Assembly (NCBI GenBank): GCA_963783385.1
Contig: CAWANJ010000003.1
Coordinates: 1-64,000 of the forward strand
Direction: 5' to 3'
DNA from: an uncultured Gemmatimonadales bacterium
GTDB taxonomy: Bacteria > Gemmatimonadota > Gemmatimonadetes > Palauibacterales > Palauibacteraceae
DNA: 64,000 bases
The notes below the pieces were generated by a model. That model was not told the origin of the DNA, made no database searches, and saw only the letters and a list, made by a program, of their open reading frames with translations. Positions 21,980 to 33,321 of the stretch are shown in pieces. How positions within the stretch are numbered: position 1 is the stretch's first letter; each line of letters starts with the position of its first letter. The position numbers and the translations under genes were made by a program.

Positions 21980-24187
21980 ATGACCGACCGCCGCACCTTC
22001 CTGAAGCTGATGGCCGCCGGATCGGGCGCCCTGCTCATCGGCGTCGACCTCGCCTGCGCGTCCGGCGGAGGCTCGGACGCCGGGGGCACCTCCTTCGAAC
22101 CCAGCGCCTGGCTCCGGGTGGACGGGGACGGGTCGGTCCTCATTCGGGTGGGGAAGTCGGAGATGGGACAGGGCGTGCGGACGTCCCTCCCCATGGTGGT
22201 GGCCGAGGAGATGGACGCCGACTTCGACCGGGTGCGCATCGAGCAGGCCTCGCCGGGGCCGGATTTCACCAACCTGGGCACGGGCGGCAGCTACAGCCTG
22301 ATGGGGAGCTGGGATGCGCTGCGGCACGCCGGCGCCCTGGCCCGGGTGCTGCTCGTGGCCGCGGCGGCCGCTCGCTGGGACGTGCCGCCCGGCTCGTGCC
22401 GGACCGAGGCGGGCGCCGTGATCCACCCGCCGTCCGGGCGGCGCCTGTCCTACGGGGAGCTCGCCGGGGAAGCGGCCGGGCGGCCCGTACCCGAGGAGGT
22501 GCCCCTCAAGCCGAGATCGGCCTATACCCTGATCGGCACCCCCCGCGGCCGGATCGACGCCCCGGACATCGTGGCGGGCCGGACCCGTTACGGACTCGAC
22601 GTGCGGGTGCCGGGGATGTTGTACGCGGCCGTCGCTCGCAGCCCCGCCCTGGGCGGCACGGTGGCGTCCGTCGACGAGGCCGGGGCCCGGCGGGTGCCGG
22701 GGGTGCGCGACGTGGTGCGGATCGACGCGGGCGTGGCGGTCGTGGGCGAGAGCACGTGGGCGGCCCTGCGGGGGCGCGACGCGCTCCGGGTGACCTGGTC
22801 GAGGGGGCCGGGCGGCGACTTCGACACCGACGCGCACCGGGAGGCGCTCCGGCGCGCCGTCGGGTCGCCGGGGGTGACCATACGGCGGGACGGCCGTGGA
22901 CGGGACGGCTTCGCCGGGGCGGCGCGCACCGTGGAGGCGGAGTACGAGTATCCGTTCGAGGCGCACGCCCCCCTCGAGCCCATGAACGCCACGGCGCACC
23001 TGAAGGCGGACGGGACGTGCGAGGTATGGTCGCCCAGCCAGACGCCCAACACGGTGCAGGCGGCGGCGGCGAAGCTGCTCGGGATCCCGAAGGAAAGGGT
23101 CGCCGTGCACGTGACGCTCATCGGGGGCGGCTTCGGCCGGCGCCTCAACTGGGACTTCGACACCGAGGCCCTCCAGCTGGCCGCCGCGCTCCCGGACACG
23201 CCCGTGCAGGTCGTGTGGAGCCGAGAGGACGACATGCGCTATGGCCACTTCCAGGCCGCCTCCGCCCACCGGCTCCGGGCGGGGCTCGACGCGGCGGGCC
23301 GGGTCACCGTGTGGGAGCACCGCGAGGCGAGCTCCATGCACAACACTCGCGGCGCCGATCCGTCGAAGATCGACACCTCGGATCCGGACCGCGTCCGCGG
23401 CTCGGCCTGGAGCGTGTACGACACCCCCTATCACGTCCCGGACTTCGAGGCCACCTACCGCCACGTTCCGGTGCCCGTGAAGATCGGGCCGTGGCGGGCG
23501 GTGTTCTCGCCTCCCGCCGTGTTCGCCCGGGAGTGCTTCGTGGACGAGGTCGCCGGGGCCGCGGGGCGCGATCCGATCGAGCTACGCCTCGCGATGCTGG
23601 GGGCGGGCCCCGGGCCCGTCCCGCCGACCTACGAGATCGAGGACGAGGTCATCGACCGGGGCCGGCTCCGCGCCGTCATCGAGCGCGTGCGCGATGCGTC
23701 CGGCTGGGATGCTCCGGTTCCCGCCGGCCACGCCCTCGGGATGGCCGCCAACTTCTTCCACACGGAGACGCACATCGCCTACGTGGTGGAGGTGTCCCTC
23801 CGGCCCGAGGCGCCCGAGGGGTCGCTCCCGTTCCGGGTGCACCGGGTCGTGTGCGCACTCGACTGCGGCCTGCTCGTGAACCCGCTCGGAGCGCGCCAGC
23901 AGGTGGAGAGCGGCGTGATCTGGTCCCTGTCGAACATGAAGACCGAGATGACGTGGCGGGACGGGGTTCCCCGGCAGGCGACCTACGGGGACTTCCGAGT
24001 GGTGATGCTGGACGAGGCGCCGGACCGGGTCGAGACCCACTTCGTGGACTCGGGCCGGGACGCCCCCAACGGTCTCGGCGAACCGGTGGTGTGCCCCGTC
24101 GCCCCCGCGGTGGCGAACGCCCTCTACCGGCTCACCGGCCGGCGGATCCGGCGCCTTCCGGTCCTGAGGGCCGATGTGGGGCTCTGA
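21980..24187 (+). CDS. Xanthine dehydrogenase family molybdopterin-binding subunit (IorB-like), Tat signal
   Basis: MTDRRTFLK; KSEMGQGVRT, TGGS, HAPLEPMNATA, GGGFGRR, WSREDD, QQVESG, GLGEP. Confidence 0.9.
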   Translation: MTDRRTFLKLMAAGSGALLIGVDLACASGGGSDAGGTSFEPSAWLRVDGDGSVLIRVGKSEMGQGVRTSLPMVVAEEMDADFDRVRIEQASPGPDFTNLGTGGSYSLMGSWDALRHAGALARVLLVAAAAARWDVPPGSCRTEAGAVIHPPSGRRLSYGELAGEAAGRPVPEEVPLKPRSAYTLIGTPRGRIDAPDIVAGRTRYGLDVRVPGMLYAAVARSPALGGTVASVDEAGARRVPGVRDVVRIDAGVAVVGESTWAALRGRDALRVTWSRGPGGDFDTDAHREALRRAVGSPGVTIRRDGRGRDGFAGAARTVEAEYEYPFEAHAPLEPMNATAHLKADGTCEVWSPSQTPNTVQAAAAKLLGIPKERVAVHVTLIGGGFGRRLNWDFDTEALQLAAALPDTPVQVVWSREDDMRYGHFQAASAHRLRAGLDAAGRVTVWEHREASSMHNTRGADPSKIDTSDPDRVRGSAWSVYDTPYHVPDFEATYRHVPVPVKIGPWRAVFSPPAVFARECFVDEVAGAAGRDPIELRLAMLGAGPGPVPPTYEIEDEVIDRGRLRAVIERVRDASGWDAPVPAGHALGMAANFFHTETHIAYVVEVSLRPEAPEGSLPFRVHRVVCALDCGLLVNPLGARQQVESGVIWSLSNMKTEMTWRDGVPRQATYGDFRVVMLDEAPDRVETHFVDSGRDAPNGLGEPVVCPVAPAVANALYRLTGRRIRRLPVLRADVGL

Positions 24188-24397
24188 GGGGAAGGCCCGC
24201 CCTCTCCTCCGCGTCGCCGCCGGGGACGCGTCTCCGGACCCCGGGTAAGCTGCTCCGCGGCAAGGAAAATCCCTACATCCCGTTCCATGAACTCCCCACA
24301 GATTTCGCCCGAGCCTTCCGGCCATTTTTAAGCGGCGTATCCGGATGATCAGGGCCCGCGGCGCATCGGTCGCGGGCCCCGGCGACAGGGGGAGGGT

Positions 24398-25730
24398 ATG
24401 GCCACCATCACCGCGCGGGCTCCGACGAGTCTCTACGCCGACCGGGTCGGACTGCTGGGCACCGAGCAGGCTTTCGCGCTCACGGCGCTCATCCGGGAGG
24501 CCGAGGAGCGCGGCCAGGACGTCATCCGCTGCAACCTGGGGCAGCCCGACTTTCCCCTTCCCGCGCACATCGGGCGGGCGGTCCGGCAGGCCATCGAGGA
24601 CGGCTACACCACTTACTGCGACGCCCAGGGGCTCCTCGAGCTGCGCCGGGCGGTGGCCCGGGACGTGGCCGCGCGCAGAGGGCTCTCCGAGATCGACCCG
24701 GACCGGGTGGTGATTTACCCGGGTGCGCGGGCGCCCATCGGCTTCGCCCAGCAGACCTACTGCCAGCCCGGCGATGAGGTCGTGTACCCCACCCCCGGCT
24801 ACCCACTGTTCGAGTCGTTCATCGACTACGTGGGCGCGGTGCCCAGGCCGATCCGTCTCCGGGAGGACGCCGGGTTCGCGTTCTCGGGTGATGACCTGGC
24901 ACAGGTGGTGAGCGCGAGGACGAAGCTGGTGTTCCTCAACTTCCCCTCCAATCCCACGGGCGGCGTCGCCACGCCGGAGCAGCTGGCTTCGGTGGCCGAG
25001 GTCCTGCGGCCGCTGGCGGACCATGGCCTGCGCGTGTACTCCGACGAATCGTACGAGTGCATCGTGTTCGACGGGCGAGCGCACCGCTCCATCGCCTCTC
25101 TGCCGGGCATGGAGGCGTGCACGATCATCGTGTCGGGGGTGAGCAAGACCTACTCGTGGACGGGCGGCCGGGTGGGCTGGGCCGTGTACCCGACCGTGGA
25201 GGAAGCCAGGATTCACCGGAACCTCAACATCAACTACTTCGCGTCGATCTCCCCCTACAATCAGATCGGCGCCCGCGAGGCCCTCGAGAGCCCGGAGAGC
25301 GGGCCGGCGGTCGAGCGGATGGTCACGGCGTTCCAGGAGCGACGGGACGTTACCGTGGCGCTCCTGAACGAGGTGGAAGGGGTTCGGTGCCTGAAGCCCC
25401 AGGGGGCTTTCTACGTCTTCCCGAACGTGGAAGGGCTGCTCGAGCGGCTGGGGGCTCTCGAGGCGTACGGGGCGCTCGAGCCGGGGATCCGGGAGCGCAC
25501 GAGCCCGGCGACGCTCTTCCAGCTCTTCCTCCTGTTCCGTCACGGCGTGGCGACCATGGACCGGCGCTCGTTCGGGATCCTGGAGAGCGAGGGACAGCAC
25601 TTCCTCCGGGTGTCCGTCGCCACGGGCCGCGAGGACCTGGAACGGGCCGTGGGGCTGATCGACCGGGCGGGGCGGGACGTCAGATGGTTTCGGGGCGTTC
25701 ATCCGTGAGGAGGGGCACCTGTGGCTCTGA
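24398..25730 (+). CDS. Class I/II PLP-dependent aminotransferase
   Basis: NLGQPDF, PTPGYP, NFPSNPTGG, SDESY, SGVSKTYSWTGGRVG, PQGAFYVFP. The ORF track ends at 25708; a probable indel near 25682 would extend it to TGA 25730. Confidence 0.85.
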
Positions 25731-25779
25731 GACGGGACTGGCGGTTTCGGACCCGGGGCGGGTCCCGAACGCGTATGAC

Positions 25780-28222
25780 ATGGGGGAACGCATGAGCGTC
25801 CAGTTCGGAACCCGGCGGGGGGAGTGGCTCGACGTCGGTGAGGTCGGGACGGAGGGGCTGGCTCCCTGGGAGCAGGACGCGCGCGCCCGATTCGACCTGG
25901 TCTACCGGACCCTGTGCGCGATTCTGTACAACTATGCTCCCACGAGCGGCCATCCCGGGGGATCGATCTCGTCGGGCCGGTTCGTGGCGTCGGTCCTGTT
26001 CGGGGCGATGGAGTACGACCTCACGCACCCCCGGCGAGCGGACGCCGACCTCATCAGCTACGCGGCGGGCCACAAGGCGCTGGGCCTGTACGCGATGTGG
26101 GCCCTTCGGGACGAGGTGGCCCGCCTCTCGGCTCCCGAGCTCCTGCCGGACGAAGTCGGACTTCGCCTCCGTCTGGAGGATCTGCTCGGCTTTCGCAGGA
26201 ATCCCTCCAACCGGACCCCGCTGTTCGTGGAGCTCGGTGCCAAACCGCTCGACGGCCACCCGACGCCCGCGACCCCGTTCGTGCCGACTGGCCACGGGCG
26301 CATCGGGCGTCGGCATGGCGAGCTCGCTCGGGCTCGCACTGGCGGCGGCGGACCGCTACGGACGGAACGCTCCCCGCGTGCACATCGTGGAGGGGGAGGG
26401 CGGGCTGACCCCGGGGCGGGTGTCCGAGGCGCTGGCCTTCGCGGGCACCGCGTCGCTGGACAACGTCATCGTCCACCTGGACTGGAACCAGTCCTCCATC
26501 GACTCCGACCGTGTGTGCCGCGAAGACGGCATCCCCGGCGACTACGTTCAGTGGACTCCCGCCGAGCTCTTCTACCTGCATGACTGGAACGTCGTGGAGG
26601 TGCCCGACGGCACCGACCTGGCCCAGATCCGCACGGCCCAGCGGCTGGCCCTCGAGCTGGAGAACGGCCAGCCCACGGCCATCGTGTACCGGACCACGAA
26701 GGGATGGCGCTACGGGATCGAGGGTAGGAAATCCCACGGCGCCGGTCACAAGCTGTGCTCGGGGTCCTTCTACGAGGTGCTGTCCCCGTTGCTGGGGTCG
26801 GACTCGGTGGCGGCCCCGACGACTCTGTCCAGTCCGATGGACGTTCCCGCGGGCGTGCCCCGCTGCGAGCCCGGAGAGAGCGTCTGTCATCTGGGGGGCG
26901 ACGCCGCCCAGGTGGAGCGGTGCTACTGGACCGCGCTCCAGTACGTGCGCCGCACCCTGTCCGAGAATCCGGAGCTGACGAATTTTCTGGCCGGGGCCCT
27001 CCGGGAGGCCCGCCGACGCCTGGATGCCCGGGAACGAGCCCCGCGCGAGGACGGTCCCGACGTCGAGGCGATCTTCCTGGCCGCGGCTGCCGGGGCGGAG
27101 GGCGCGGGTGCGCTTCAGCCGGAGGACGTCGCCCTCGAGCCGGGAACGGCCCTCCCGCTGCGCAAGCAGCTCGGTCGGGTCCTCGGCCACCTGAATCGGG
27201 TCAGCCGGGGAGCGCTCCTCATCGGGGCGGCCGACCTCCTGGACTCCACCGCGGTGTCGCTGGGAGCCGAGGGCTTCCCGGACGGCTATTTCAACCGCCG
27301 TACGAATCCCGACTCGCGCCTCCTGTCGGTGGGCGGCATCGCCGAGGACGCCCTCAGCGGCGTGCTCTCCGGGATCGCGAGCTTCGGCGCGCACCTGGGG
27401 GCGGGCGCCTCCTACGGCGCCTTCATCGCTCCCCTGGGTCACATCGCTTCGAGGCTCCACGCCATAGGCCAGCAGGCGCGGGCGTCGGTCGATGGAGGCC
27501 CGTACCGGCCCTTCTTCCTGGTGTGTGGCCACGCGGGATTGAAGACGGGGGAGGATGGCCCGACCCACGCCGACCCGCAGGCGCTGCAGCTCCTGCAGGA
27601 GAACTTCCCGCCGGGCACCATGATCACGCTGACGCCGTGGGAGCCCGGCGAGATCTGGACGCTGGTGGCGGCGGGGCTCTCCGCCCGGCCCGCGGTGCTG
27701 GCGCCCTTCGTCACCCGGCCCGCCGAGCCGATCCTGGATCGCGAGGCGCTCGGCCTCGCCCCCGCCTCCGCCGCGGCCGCCGGCGTCTACCGGCTCCGGG
27801 CCGCCAGGGGTGAGAGAGACGGAACCGTGATCCTGCAGGGATCCGGCGTCACCTATGCCTTCGTACGGGAGACCCTGCCGCTCCTCGAGGACGAAGGGAT
27901 CGACGTGGACGTCTACCACGTCTCCAGCGTCGAGCTCTTCGATCGCCTCACGGCCGCGGAGCGGGACACCATCTTCTCCGAGGCGCGGGCCGCGGAGGCC
28001 ATGGGGATCACGGGCTTCACGATGCCGACAATGTACCGGTGGGTCACCTCCGACCTGGGCCGCCGGCACACCCTCCACCCCTTCCGGGCCGGCCACTTCC
28101 TGGGGAGCGGCCCCGGCCCCGAGGTCATCCACGAGGCCGGACTGGACGGCGAGGGTCAGCTCCGGGCCATCGAGGCCTACGTGAACGAGCGGGCCCGGCA
28201 GCCGGCCGGCGTGGGAGGCTGA
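25780..28222 (+). CDS. Transketolase-like ThDP-dependent enzyme, divergent (frameshift near 26285)
   Basis: SGHPGGSIS, AAGHK, LDGHPT, TGASGVG, EGEGG...LDWN (GDG...N motif variant), TTKG, ADL, GIAE, GEDGPTH. Confidence 0.8.
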
Positions 28223-28290
28223 GGGGCGCGGCTCCTCTCTCCCCGCCATTGTCGATCGCCGGTCGTCCATCCACAGCCGAGGAGGGCCGC

Positions 28291-28797
28291 GTGGACGCGC
28301 CAGCGCCCGCCGAAACCACCATCCGCCTGGCCGATCCGGCGGACACCGACACGGTCCTCTCGCTGATCCGCGAGAAGGCGGAGAACGACGGAAGCTCCGC
28401 GATGCTGGATCTGGACCACGGCCGCTTGCGGAGCGCGCTGTCCGGGCCGTCCCCCGCGGTGGCGGCACTCCTCGCCGAGCAGGATGGCTCGGCGGTCGGC
28501 GTCGCCATCTTCCTGAGGGCGTTCTCGACCTACCTCACGCGGCCCGCCCTGTGGCTCGAGGACCTGTTCGTGCGCGATACCTCGCGGAGGCAGGGGGTCG
28601 GGTCGATGCTCGTGGCCGAATTGTGCCGGGTGGCGCGGGCGGAGGGGGCCGTCCGGGTCGATTGGGCCGTCCGGGTGACGAACGAGCGAGCGATCGAGCT
28701 GTACGCGAGCCTGGGCGCCGAGCTGCGTGACAAGTTCACGCTGTGCCGCCTCGACGCCGACGGCATCGTGGCGCTGGCGCGGCAGGATCGTTCCTGA
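28291..28797 (+). CDS. GNAT family N-acetyltransferase (SSAT-like)
   Basis: FSTYLTRPALWLEDLFV, RRQGVGS, NERAIELYASLGA. Confidence 0.85.
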   Translation: MDAPAPAETTIRLADPADTDTVLSLIREKAENDGSSAMLDLDHGRLRSALSGPSPAVAALLAEQDGSAVGVAIFLRAFSTYLTRPALWLEDLFVRDTSRRQGVGSMLVAELCRVARAEGAVRVDWAVRVTNERAIELYASLGAELRDKFTLCRLDADGIVALARQDRS

Positions 28798-28835
28798 CCG
28801 TCGGCCGCCGGCTCACGGCCGGCGCTCCACCCGCC

Positions 28836-30454
28836 TCATGGCTCGACCGGACCCTCCACCCGGGGCCACTCCGGCCCGTGCAGGCGCCGGAGGAAGTCGT
28901 GGGCGAGCCAGCCGATCCGGACCGCCGCGGCCATGGCACCCTCGGCTTCAGCGTCCGTCGCCCGCCCGTGCCGACCTCCCATGTGGTTGTTCACCACGTA
29001 GGGCCTCGGGTCGGCGACCGGACCCTCCGCGAGCGCCTCCGGGACCGGGGCCCCTCCAATGCCCTTGGAGGCATAGGTGCACAGGGGGCCGTCCGGGGTG
29101 ATGAAGGTATTGATGCGGTACTTGACCGCGTACTCTCCCTTCATTCGGTCCTCGTCCTCGTCCACGGTCTCGAGTTCGGGCGTCACGAACTCGTAGGCCA
29201 CGTAGGGCGGCTCCAGGAGGCCGGGGTCCAGCCGGGACGTCCTGTACATGCGGACATCGCGGGCCTCGTTCAGCAACGCGTGCTTGACCACGATGTTGGG
29301 GAAGCGGCCGCCCGGGTCCGCGTCGGGAACCTCGTCCGAGGAATGGATGCGGCGCGGAACCGGGATGCGCTCCTCCTCCGCGGCACGGGCGTTGTGGCGC
29401 TCGATCTCGGCCTCGAACAGGCCCTTCTCGTCGAGGAGAACGTTCACCGGGTGCGGCAGCGTGCGGACGTTGACGAACAGGGTGCGCTTCGTGTCGGGCG
29501 CCATGATCTGCTCCGTCTCGCGCCGACACTGGGATCGGGCGCGCGGGTCGTCGCGGAGCTCGAGCTGCAGGCCGGCCGCCGAGACCTGCGCGCGCCACCA
29601 CGCCTCGAGGCGGCTCGACGGACCGCCCACGCTGGAGGGATAGAAGACGATCCGCTCGCACCCCTCCCGCCGTGCGCCCTCGATCATCACCTCGATAAGC
29701 GGGTCGCCCTCCGGATGATGGCGCTCGCGTCCGTGCGAGAAGAAGCCGGCGATGATGTTGGATTCGATGTAGTAGAACTGACCGTCGGACGGGAGGATGT
29801 CGAACCCGATCATCATCCAGCTGCACACTTTGCGAACCGGATCCCGGTAGACGGGGCTCAGGCGGGGGTCGCAGGGGACGTCCCGCACGTAGTCGACGCC
29901 GCGTGCATGGGGTCGACTCCCGCCCACTTCCACAGCGCGTGGAAGCCCGACCGGGGCCAGGGGCCCGCGTAGCGCGTGACGCCGAGCCAGCCACGCCCCG
30001 CCTGCTCGCTCGCCGCGCACAGCAGTCGACCAAGCAGGTAGATGGACCGGCCGAGCCGGCGCCAGCGTCGTGCACGGCCGCTGAGCCGGCGGCCCCGAAG
30101 GGAGATCTCGCTCCCCAGCCGGAAGATGGGGCCGTACACGCGGCGGTGGATCCGCTCGCCGGTCGTGAAGCTCTTCTCTCGCATCTCCCAGATCACGCCA
30201 TTGGCGAGGGCCTCGCGCAGGCGGACCGGCAGCGCTCCGAAGGGCCCGAACGACGCCTCCGGGTCGCTCCACAGGCGGCTGTACTCCTCCGGGGCCCAGC
30301 CGGCGCGCCGGCGCAGCCAGCGGATCATCCGGCGGACTTCGGCACCGGTCACCCGGAAAGGGAACGCCTCGGCCAGCTCGGCCAGGCGTCGTGCGGGCGC
30401 GGGAAGGGCCTCAGCGGAGGCGGAAGCGGCTTCGGCAGCCTGGCCTCGGACCAT
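28836..30454 (-). CDS. Putative circularly permuted ATP-grasp protein, paralog 5, subtype A (frameshift near 29905)
   Basis: N-terminal part in ORF 29858..31528 (LAELAEAFPFRVTG...SGFHALWKWAGVDP). C-terminal part in ORF 28836..30272 (MMIGFDILP...YIESN, DEKG, IPVPRR, NIVVKH, YEFV, KYRINTFITPDGP). Clearly homologous to the genes at 48-55 kb. Confidence 0.7.
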
Positions 30455-30593
30455 GGGCAGCACCGGGACGGGGGGAACGCCGCTGGCGATCGCCCGCGTG
30501 GAAGGTTCGGACGGGGAGCGTCGCTGCGAGCCCGCGTGGATCGCGCGGGAAGCCACCCCTCCTACTTGGGTCCTCGCCTCGATGTGCGCAAGG

Positions 30594-32372
30594 TCAGCGG
30601 GACGCCGCGGCCCGCAGCCTCCGCAGCCGAACCCGGGCCGCGTCGAGGCGCTCGATCTCGGCCTCGGCCTCCCGCTGACCCGTCCGTCGGCTCTCCAGGG
30701 CCCGGGCCAGCGCTCCCTCGAGCGAGGCGCGGGCGGCCCGGGCGTGGTCCCGCAGGTCCGACGCGAAGGCGCGTGCCGTGTCGTGGTAGCGGTACTGGAG
30801 GTCTCCCCGAAGCCGGCCCGCGTTCCGCTCGACGTCCTCCGCGGCCAGCTCCTCGGCCCGCCGTGCCAGCCACCGTCGGAAGAGAGGCCTCGGGAGCCAG
30901 AAGCGCGGCTGGTCGAGCATCCGGTACTGGCTGACGCCCTCGACCCGGTAGTAGAAGTCCCGCGACTCCGCGAGCTCGCGGGCGGGCACCAGGTCCGGCA
31001 GGTCGATGCCGAACTGTTCGGACACCCACCCCGGACTCCCGCGAGCTCCTCGTCCAGACGTTCCGCCACCCGCCCCAGATCGGCGCGGAAGGTCTCCGAG
31101 ACGCGTCGCCCCTCCTCCCCCTGCCAGGCGTCGAACCGCCGGGCCACGAAGTCGCCCGCCATGCGGCGCACGTCGTCCGCCAGGGCGCGGTTGGCTCCCC
31201 CGCCCTCCTGCGCCCGGCGCCGGATCTCGTCGGCGAGATCCGGGAAAGAGGCACGCGCCCGCTCGTACAGCGAGCGCCCGGCCGCCTCCGTCGCCCGGTC
31301 GGCGGCCGATCGACAGAGCGCGGGCACCTCGTCGAGCAGATGGTCGAGCTCGCGGGCGTGCTCCCGGACGGCCGCCGTGCGCTCCTCGAGCTCGGACAGG
31401 GGCGTGCGGAGGGCCGCCTCCTCCAGGTCCAGGAGCCCGAGCCCTTCGGACGTGAGCCGGGACAGTCGGCGGGAGGCGACGTCGCGGGCGATGGCCTCCC
31501 CGCGCTCCCGGCCCAGATGGCGCAGCATGCGGCCCAGGGCTTCAATGCCCTCCCCGGACGGGACGCCGGTCCGTGCCCCGGCTTCGTCCTCGAGCGCCCG
31601 GCGCGCGGACAGGGGAAAGAACGGGGAGGTCCCCCGGGCTCCGGCCGAGGGCGTTGGCCAGCCGGCGGCGGCAGTAGTCGAGCGCCTCGCGCCATGCGCC
31701 CTCGGGATGAAGGTCCACCTTGTTGAAGGCGAAGAACAGGTGGGGCGTGAGCTCGGCCGTCCTCCGGACCAGCTCGAGCTCCAGCTCGCCGATCGGGGGG
31801 TCGGCCGAGAGGACGACGAGCCCCGCGTCCACGCGGGGAAGGAACCCGAACGCGCGCTCGGTGGCGTCGCGCTCCGCCGACCCGACGCCGGGCGTGTCCA
31901 CGAGCACGAGCCCGTCGATCAGGTGACGTGCCGGGCAGGTGACCTCGACGCGCTCGACGCCCTTCTCGTTCCCGGGGTTGCCACGCTCGGTCACGTAAAC
32001 GTCCAGGGACTCCGGCGCGACCTCCTCGTCTCTGCCGTCCTCGAATCGGATCGTAGCCTTCGCCGGGCGGCCGGTGCGGAGGAAGGTGGGGACCGTCGTG
32101 AGGGGCACGACGCCCGTGGGCAGGACGTCCCGACCCAGGAGCGCGTTCACCACCGAGGACTTGCCGCGCTTGAACTGGCCGAGCACCACGACGCGGAGCT
32201 CACCGGCCTCCAGGGGCTCGGCCGCCCGGCGGGCTTCCTCGGCCAGATCGACGAAGCCCCGCTCGCCGGCCAGCTCGGACAGCTCCTCCAGGGCCGAGCG
32301 GAGCTCGTCGGCGTCGGCGGACGTGCGGACGGCGGACACGCGGTTGCGGCTCCTCGCCTGGTCGCTCGACAC
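30594..32372 (-). CDS. Bacterial dynamin-like GTPase (frameshifted)
   Basis: G1 GQFKRGKSS, LPTGVVPLTT (G2), DTPGVGS (G3), NKVD (G4). Helical C-terminal part continues in ORFs 29858..31528 and 30594..31025. Confidence 0.85.
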
Positions 32373-32402
32373 AAGAAGACTCCTGCCCGGCGGAATCTCG
32401 AA

Positions 32403-32454
32403 CAGGAGTCATCAGCCGGCCCGGCGGCCGGCACGCTCGGCGAACTCCATCGCC
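32403..32454 (-). ncRNA. Fluoride riboswitch (crcB motif)
   Basis: Minus strand reads GGCGATGGAGTTCGCC-gagcgt-gccggcc...ggccggc-TGATGACTCCTG, matching the fluoride aptamer consensus (GGCGATGGAGTTCGCC...GCTGATGACTCCT). Ends 30 nt upstream of the dynamin-like GTG. Confidence 0.9.
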
Positions 32455-32634
32455 GTTCTGCTTCGTGAGTCTACGACGCCGGCTCGGAACCGGTCAAGCC
32501 GCGATCCGGGGCCTTCCCCGCGGATGCCTGCATGGCTCTCCGGTCGACCCGGGAGGGAGGGGCGAGGAGTTTTAGCCGGCCATCACGAGCTCCGGGTCGA
32601 GGCGGCCCCCGGCCCGGAGCCCCTCTCCGGCGCG

Positions 32635-33321
32635 CTAGCCGACCGGAGTCCCGTGCCGGTAGACGCTCCGGGACACGACGGCCGTGTGCACGGTCAGTCC
32701 GAGGTCGAAGTCGGCCGCATCTCCTCGAGCCACGGCAGCCCGCACTTCAGCTTCGGTGGTCAGGTGGTCGTTCTCCGCGCCGTGGTTCACACCCGCGGGC
32801 GTGAACAGGACCTCGTGCACCTCGTGAATCACGCCCGACGCTCCGGGATTCCCCGGTGCCGCGAGCAGGTGATCGTGGCCGAGAACTCCGTCGCCGTAGA
32901 CGACCGGCTCCAGCGCGTCGGCCGCTCCCGCGAAGGTACCATCGTGATCGGGGCAATTCCCGGGCACTCCCATGCAGTCCAGCGTTCCGACGGTCGCATT
33001 CGCCGGGTACTCCACGATGTAGAGCGGAACGGCGGCCCACCCGCTGGCGTGCGTCGGTAGCGGAGTGTTCTCGGGGGTCAGGATGTAGATGACTTGCCCG
33101 CTCGCGTCATCGTACGCGGGCTCGGTGGCCACTCTTCCGAACCGCCGTTCGCCGCTGGGTGGTGCGGCCGGGTCGGCCCGGAGCGTCGAGGCGCTCCGGC
33201 CGATCGCGGGCGAGGCGCTCAGGGCCGCAAGCAGGGCCGTGGGCGTGCGGTTGCATCCCGCCAGAAGGACGAGCCCGGCCAGCGAGCCGAGCGCCGCGAG
33301 CGACTGTCGTGTGACGGACAT
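32635..33321 (-). CDS. Hypothetical lipoprotein with His/Cys motifs
   Basis: Lipobox VLLAGC; EPAYDD, CMGVPGNCPDHDG, GVLGHDHLL, HEVHEVLFT. Confidence 0.65.
   Translation of the reverse strand: MSVTRQSLAALGSLAGLVLLAGCNRTPTALLAALSASPAIGRSASTLRADPAAPPSGERRFGRVATEPAYDDASGQVIYILTPENTPLPTHASGWAAVPLYIVEYPANATVGTLDCMGVPGNCPDHDGTFAGAADALEPVVYGDGVLGHDHLLAAPGNPGASGVIHEVHEVLFTPAGVNHGAENDHLTTEAEVRAAVARGDAADFDLGLTVHTAVVSRSVYRHGTPVG

Noticed and set aside
29858-31528. Apparent fusion of the dynamin-like middle region to the ATP-grasp N-terminal domain
   Set aside because: The dynamin C-terminus continues in another frame (30594..31025) with its own stop, and the linker translates as low-complexity sequence; most likely a frameshift artefact.
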